Source: Bdellovibrionales bacterium (GTDB lineage: Bacteria > Bdellovibrionota > Bdellovibrionia > Bdellovibrionales > UBA1609). Taken from it: a stretch of 64,000 nucleotides of DNA. Positions 59,476 through 64,000 of the stretch are shown piece after piece; positions within the stretch are counted from its first letter, which is position 1, and each line of letters opens with the position of its first letter. The position numbers and the translations under genes were made by a program. The stretch lies in contig OZ241329.1 in the NCBI GenBank assembly GCA_965199825.1, forward strand, positions 384,001 to 448,000. The letters are read 5' to 3'. The notes under the pieces are model-generated. The model was given only the letters and a program-made list of their open reading frames with translations, was not told where the DNA came from and ran no database searches.

Positions 59476-60257
59476 ATCGCAAGAGAATTCCCGCAGGACC
59501 CGACACCGACGTATTGATTTTCACCAATCATCGAGCGAATCCCTTTGAGTTGATCAGAGGTCACGCTTGCAGTGTCGGTCACTCCACAAAAATTAAATGA
59601 ACTTGGTATGGGTGCCTGTGAGAGCACCCCGCAAACAGTTTGAAGAGTGATGGCCTGGGCAAGCCCAATCGAAGTCGTTGAAGCAATATAGGTTAATGTG
59701 GCTGCGGCATGACCTAACGCGGTCACAATTTGAGCGGCATCTTGATCAGTCAGACTCGAAGTTGAACACGAATTAAAGCTTGGATCAGGATTTGGGCCGC
59801 CCAAAGTTTCGGCGCGCAAATTAAGAATAGTTCCGATTTTGGTAAAACTTAAAAAAACCAAAAATAAATTTTCATCCAGCGATCGCAGATCAGGTGTGGC
59901 GCCGAGAGTTTGGATGATTGATTCAGCAGCAATGCAATCTGCCATTTGACTTAAAGTACTGTGAGCAAAAGTTTGCATTAAAAAAAGAAATAACCGCGTG
60001 TTGTCGATATTTAATAAATCGGTCACAAGCTTGACGTAGTTGAGTCCGCAACGACCCGCATAAGCCGAAGCCAATAAGTTTTTTGTGCTCCGCTGTCCGA
60101 GCACATCCGGAGTCAACTTTGGAAAATCGTCAATGGCTTGAGACCACCGCGAATGATCAATATTATTTTGAACCTCAAAAAGAATCGATTCATTGGTGTC
60201 TTTTTTGGTGCACGAAATCAAACACACCATTAGAAATAAAAATAACCATCGCGTCAT
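59460..60257 (-). CDS. Cys-rich helical lipoprotein
   Basis: Lipobox LISC; LASAYAGRCGL; several further Cys. Confidence 0.7.
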   Translation of the reverse strand: MTRWLFLFLMVCLISCTKKDTNESILFEVQNNIDHSRWSQAIDDFPKLTPDVLGQRSTKNLLASAYAGRCGLNYVKLVTDLLNIDNTRLFLFLMQTFAHSTLSQMADCIAAESIIQTLGATPDLRSLDENLFLVFLSFTKIGTILNLRAETLGGPNPDPSFNSCSTSSLTDQDAAQIVTALGHAAATLTYIASTTSIGLAQAITLQTVCGVLSQAPIPSSFNFCGVTDTASVTSDQLKGIRSMIGENQYVGVGSCGNSLAMCLCY

Positions 60258-61288
60258 TAAAACCTAACCGCAAATTTTGCATCGAATCTGCGATCTTCTT
60301 GTTGAACCTCGCTCGTGCCCACATCGATTCCATAACTTGCGATTTGCAGTTGATAATGAGCATGAGAAATTTCAAACCCCGCAGTCCAATATCTTTGATT
60401 CATTCCGGCTCTCAAAAAAACGGCATCAAACACATTGATCTCAGCCCCAATATGAAAATGTTTGATCGCCTCATCTTTGGATCCAATGTTTGTGTATTCC
60501 ACCGTAAATGATGAGCGCGTGCCGCGATCAAAAATTGGAAACAGAGCAAGAGCCACATCGACGCTGGATTTCACCCCATCGGGACGAGTGGTGGTTTGAT
60601 TTATAAATCCTTTGCCGCGAGTAAAAGTTGTATCGCCCACATCGCGCGCCACCACCGAAAAAGTGGGAAGCCACACGGTGGGTGCCGCAAGCAAAATTCC
60701 AATATCACTAGCCACACCCAAACCCTCAGAGGCGGTTGCGTCAAGGCTGAGACCCGTAGATGTGCTCGGCATATCCTTGGCAATTTGTGTGCGATCGATA
60801 AAGCGGGCATTGGCGCCAACTTTAAGAACACCGCCATACAACCGGCGGCTCAAACCCAGAATTGCCGCAAAATCATTGGTGTAATCTAAACGGAAATTGT
60901 TTGTAGCTGAGTTGACCTGAGCATCGGTCTGATATTTGCCAAAAAGTCCAAATCCTAAATTTGGAACAACAGCTGAGGGAAAAACTTGCGCCTTACTGTG
61001 ATAGTGTTTGTTGGGCAAATTGTTAAGGGAGTCTAAAAGTTTTTGGGGATTGTTGGCGGTAAAAACGCTCGTTCCTAAAACCGGCTGGGTGTTGACGTTG
61101 ATTTCAACTTCGGGATCGATCACGGTGATGATTTTTTCTTTTAATTTTCCAAGCCCAGCTGGATTCGACATGAGCGAGGTTTCGTCATCCACCACCGCAA
61201 TCGAAGCCCCACCCATTCCCATTTGTCGAATGCCACTATAAAAACTTTCGGCTCTACATTGAATGATAAAAAGAATTAAAAAAATCAT
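60257..61288 (-). CDS. FadL/PorV/TraF_2-like outer-membrane beta-barrel (paralogue 2)
   Basis: ATG 61288; IRQMGMGGA.IAV.DD.TSL..NPAGL; RAGMNQ; DRRF; C-terminal Phe. Confidence 0.75.
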   Translation of the reverse strand: MIFLILFIIQCRAESFYSGIRQMGMGGASIAVVDDETSLMSNPAGLGKLKEKIITVIDPEVEINVNTQPVLGTSVFTANNPQKLLDSLNNLPNKHYHSKAQVFPSAVVPNLGFGLFGKYQTDAQVNSATNNFRLDYTNDFAAILGLSRRLYGGVLKVGANARFIDRTQIAKDMPSTSTGLSLDATASEGLGVASDIGILLAAPTVWLPTFSVVARDVGDTTFTRGKGFINQTTTRPDGVKSSVDVALALFPIFDRGTRSSFTVEYTNIGSKDEAIKHFHIGAEINVFDAVFLRAGMNQRYWTAGFEISHAHYQLQIASYGIDVGTSEVQQEDRRFDAKFAVRF

Positions 61289-61800
61289 TTGGGTTGAAGC
61301 TGAGGTGAAGAGTAAAGAGCTAAACAACCCTCATTGAGACGGATCAGTAGATCCCTTTCAAATTCAGAAAAATGTTTAAATTTTGAAGGCATTTTATAAA
61401 GGTCATCAATCCGAGGTAAGGGTGAGGGCACAAAAAGTGAGGCCACCGACAAAATGACCGCCAAAAGTTCGGCTCTCACCAAGTTTTCGACACCCACGTG
61501 CTCAAACCCCAATGTCCAGGACTGACTCGTCATTTTAGAAAGCCCCGCAATGGTGAGTGGCGCTACTAACGCGGTCGACATGGTGATGCCAAAGACAGCG
61601 ACCGGAAAATCAAATGGTTTTTTAAATCCGTAAGATATCATCACGTGTTCTAAAACTTCTTTTGTATAAAGCCCCTCACCCAGTGGCCTTACATTTTCGT
61701 CATCGACCACTTCAAGTTTATAGTGGTGGCCTAATTTTTCGACATACAGTTGTTGGGAAAAAACAGGCAATGACATCAGCATAAAAATTAAATTTGTCAT
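61285..61800 (-). CDS. Hypothetical exported/membrane protein inserted in the barrel cluster
   Basis: Signal-like N-terminus and two hydrophobic segments. Confidence 0.55.
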   Translation of the reverse strand: MTNLIFMLMSLPVFSQQLYVEKLGHHYKLEVVDDENVRPLGEGLYTKEVLEHVMISYGFKKPFDFPVAVFGITMSTALVAPLTIAGLSKMTSQSWTLGFEHVGVENLVRAELLAVILSVASLFVPSPLPRIDDLYKMPSKFKHFSEFERDLLIRLNEGCLALYSSPQLQPK

Positions 61801-61832
61801 ATTTAATTGCTATCACTCCATCAGGTCAGAGT

Positions 61833-62510
61833 CTATTGGGCCAGTTGCTGATACAGTTCGAGTGCCACATTGGTGGGATTGCCATTGCTTGCCGCAATAG
61901 CTTGATTGATCTTGGTGCAAACATCAGTGTTGGCATTGCTACTGGCGCAGTAGGTTTGCCCCACATTTTCAGCCGCAGTACCGATTGCATGATCATCACA
62001 AACTCCACCAAATCCACCATTCGAGCATCGAGTCAGCGCATCTTGCACTTGAGTTTGGGTCGGAGGCTGGCCAGAGTTTGGATCGTAACCCGGCACCACT
62101 GACATCAGTTGCGATCCGACAAGACTCAGTTGAGCAAGATAACTAAAAATGGGCACACCCGATTGATTGCAATAAGTCACCGCCTGTTGGGCCAACGACA
62201 CTGGCGTCAAGGCCAGAGCACCAATGTAGATCACCTCTTTTTGTACCGAATTGTCTTTTAAAGATTTTGCCGCATTTGCAATTTTGGTTGTGGTTAAGCC
62301 GCCCGCCGTAAATTGAATCGAGCACTTAATCACATTGGCAGCAGGTGAAGTTAAATTTTGAATCGATGCCAAACACGCATTGGCTTGTGAGGGGTTGGAA
62401 TCATCCACTTGGTCCAAACATTTTTGTGCAGTGGTAAGCTCATCAGTCTCTTGACTCTCACATCCACAAAAAACAATTAACAAAACAGAAATAAGTATTT
62501 TAGAAATCAA
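61833..62510 (-). CDS. Cys-rich helical lipoprotein
   Basis: Lipobox-like FCGC; AQKCLD and ANAC; multiple Cys pairs. Confidence 0.7.
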   Translation of the reverse strand: MISKILISVLLIVFCGCESQETDELTTAQKCLDQVDDSNPSQANACLASIQNLTSPAANVIKCSIQFTAGGLTTTKIANAAKSLKDNSVQKEVIYIGALALTPVSLAQQAVTYCNQSGVPIFSYLAQLSLVGSQLMSVVPGYDPNSGQPPTQTQVQDALTRCSNGGFGGVCDDHAIGTAAENVGQTYCASSNANTDVCTKINQAIAASNGNPTNVALELYQQLAQ

Positions 62511-63630
62511 GACTGCACTCCGCGACGTAGCGTCGGTTTTGTTGGGGGCTTGATGCGGTTGCGACCTCTTCGCCCACGGTTGCTAACTCAAGCTGAAACC
62601 ACAACAACTTTGCACCGAATCCGGCTGTTAAATAACCTTGATTTAGTCCAAGAGACCAATGTCCCTTCCACCGGCTCGACATCGTCCAATAAAATTCAGA
62701 CCCCAAATGTAAACCTTTTCTAAAAGTCCAGTGCGGATCATTGACGTCTCTTAAATCGGCCGCCACACGTGGGGCAAACATCCAAAACCTTGGCAAATCG
62801 TAAACGCTTCCGAAATCAAATTTTCTGCCGGTGCGATTGGGATTTAAAGATTGCGGATTTATAAAATGAAAATTTTTGAAGTAACCTTCGTTCACCACAT
62901 TTCTCACCACAACCGCAAAAGTGGGTTTGATAAACGAAGACGTCTCATAGCTATATAAGGCTCCAAGGTCCATATCCACCGTCAAACCCTCTTGGGCATC
63001 TTTAGAATCAAATATTTTTGTGTTGTCGGCCAATTGGGCTGCAATCAAAATGGTATTGGCCTGGATGCGGTGAATCGCCTTGACTGTAGCTCCGAGTGAT
63101 AAATGATTTTTATTTGATTCACTTAAGATTTCACCCGCATAGCTGTAAGCAAGTGTCGTATCTGCATAAGCATTAAAATTGATAGCGGGGCCAACTTCAC
63201 GATGAACACTCGCAGTCACCTCCACATCGGCAGGAACAAAGGCAAGCCCCCACTTTGGCCGAACATAGAGAGCCGCTAATGTGGGTACCCGCGCGTAATG
63301 GGTTTTGCCATAATTTTGCGAGATCAAATTGGTAAAGGCATCAATCTTTGAATTGTCATCGGGTTGATTGGCGGCGGCTTGGGCATCTTTGACAAATTTT
63401 TGGGCTTGGGTACTCACCGCTGCGCCAATCCCAAGATGCAAATTAGAATCTGATCTTCTTGAGAGTGCTGCGGGATTATAAAAAATGGCGGCCGAATCAT
63501 CCACTGCGGCAGTAAAGGCATTGCCCATTCCGAGGGCTCGGGGACTGACAAAGTCTTGATGAATTTGGGTGCTCATCGATGGACTCGCCTGTGCAAAGGC
63601 CGAAACAAAAATAAGTAAATAAAATTTCAA
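62500..63630 (-). CDS. FadL/PorV/TraF_2-like outer-membrane beta-barrel (paralogue 3)
   Basis: PRALGMGNAFTAA.DD..AIFYNPAAL; GLNQGY; NRRY; C-terminal Phe. Confidence 0.75.
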   Translation of the reverse strand: MKFYLLIFVSAFAQASPSMSTQIHQDFVSPRALGMGNAFTAAVDDSAAIFYNPAALSRRSDSNLHLGIGAAVSTQAQKFVKDAQAAANQPDDNSKIDAFTNLISQNYGKTHYARVPTLAALYVRPKWGLAFVPADVEVTASVHREVGPAINFNAYADTTLAYSYAGEILSESNKNHLSLGATVKAIHRIQANTILIAAQLADNTKIFDSKDAQEGLTVDMDLGALYSYETSSFIKPTFAVVVRNVVNEGYFKNFHFINPQSLNPNRTGRKFDFGSVYDLPRFWMFAPRVAADLRDVNDPHWTFRKGLHLGSEFYWTMSSRWKGHWSLGLNQGYLTAGFGAKLLWFQLELATVGEEVATASSPQQNRRYVAECSLDF

Positions 63631-63633
63631 AAT

Positions 63634-64000
63634 TTATCCCCTACCTGGAGTGTTCATTGGGTTTCGAAGTTTTCCAAGTAGCACCGTGACATCTGATTGG
63701 AGCTGATGGATGTCGCCATTATTGAAGATCACAAAAGGTGTTTTGAGTTCCTTTTCCTTAAGTGGCATTTGTGAGTCGATTCGCTTTTTTGCATCACTTT
63801 CGCTTAAATGATCTCGCTCGATCGCTCGGCGAAGTTGAATATCGGGACTACAAGTCACCACAACGACCGCATCAAATTGAGATTGCAGGTTTTTTTCATA
63901 AAGTAAGGGCACATCATAAAATCCAAGTTCGGTTTTAATATTTTGTTTTTTTTGTTTTAAAAGATTTTGAATCAATGGATGAACGATCGCTTCGAGTTGG
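63634..64000 (-). CDS. coaE: Dephospho-CoA kinase, 5' end outside the window
   Basis: LEAIVHPLI, DVPLLYE, RIDSQMPL..K, VIFNNG. Confidence 0.9.
   Translation of the reverse strand, partial: QLEAIVHPLIQNLLKQKKQNIKTELGFYDVPLLYEKNLQSQFDAVVVVTCSPDIQLRRAIERDHLSESDAKKRIDSQMPLKEKELKTPFVIFNNGDIHQLQSDVTVLLGKLRNPMNTPGRG

Noticed and set aside
58387..63630. TraF-like barrels as evidence of a conjugative element
   Set aside because: No relaxase, VirB4 or coupling protein, or other tra genes; the cluster is embedded between coaE and addAB.

Overview
This is a gene-dense, mostly housekeeping chromosomal segment of a predatory Bdellovibrionota-like bacterium. The taxon is inferred from the short flagellin, the glt-type gliding cluster, the degenerate GGDEF protein and the many secreted orphan proteins. 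The left part holds a partial NtrY-like kinase, ribH-ribB(X)-ribE-clpB, a hydrolase, flagellin, a histone-H1-like protein, a sigma54 activator, xerC, gmhB, recO, ugd, the peripheral-arm nuo genes and a heterodimeric ABC exporter. The middle holds a sigma28-preceded GYF-PilZ + gltD/E/F/G/barrel/gltC operon, NUDIX and rsmI. The right part holds a TPR gene, purH, mlaD/F/E, alr, a CdgA-like degenerate GGDEF gene with a His-less kinase, addA plus a split addB, three FadL/PorV/TraF-like barrels alternating with Cys-rich lipoproteins, and a partial coaE. The only large non-coding block (about 38100-39890) is the standout. It contains a degenerate tandem array of ~200-230 nt units, each carrying an invariant AATGACATTGCCCC motif and, in three units, a conserved hairpin. 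The array precedes a Y1 HUH (IS200/RAYT-like) endonuclease gene, and a fifth motif copy follows that gene. No rRNA, tRNA or CRISPR array was recognised. All calls come from reading motifs by eye; no database searches were run.
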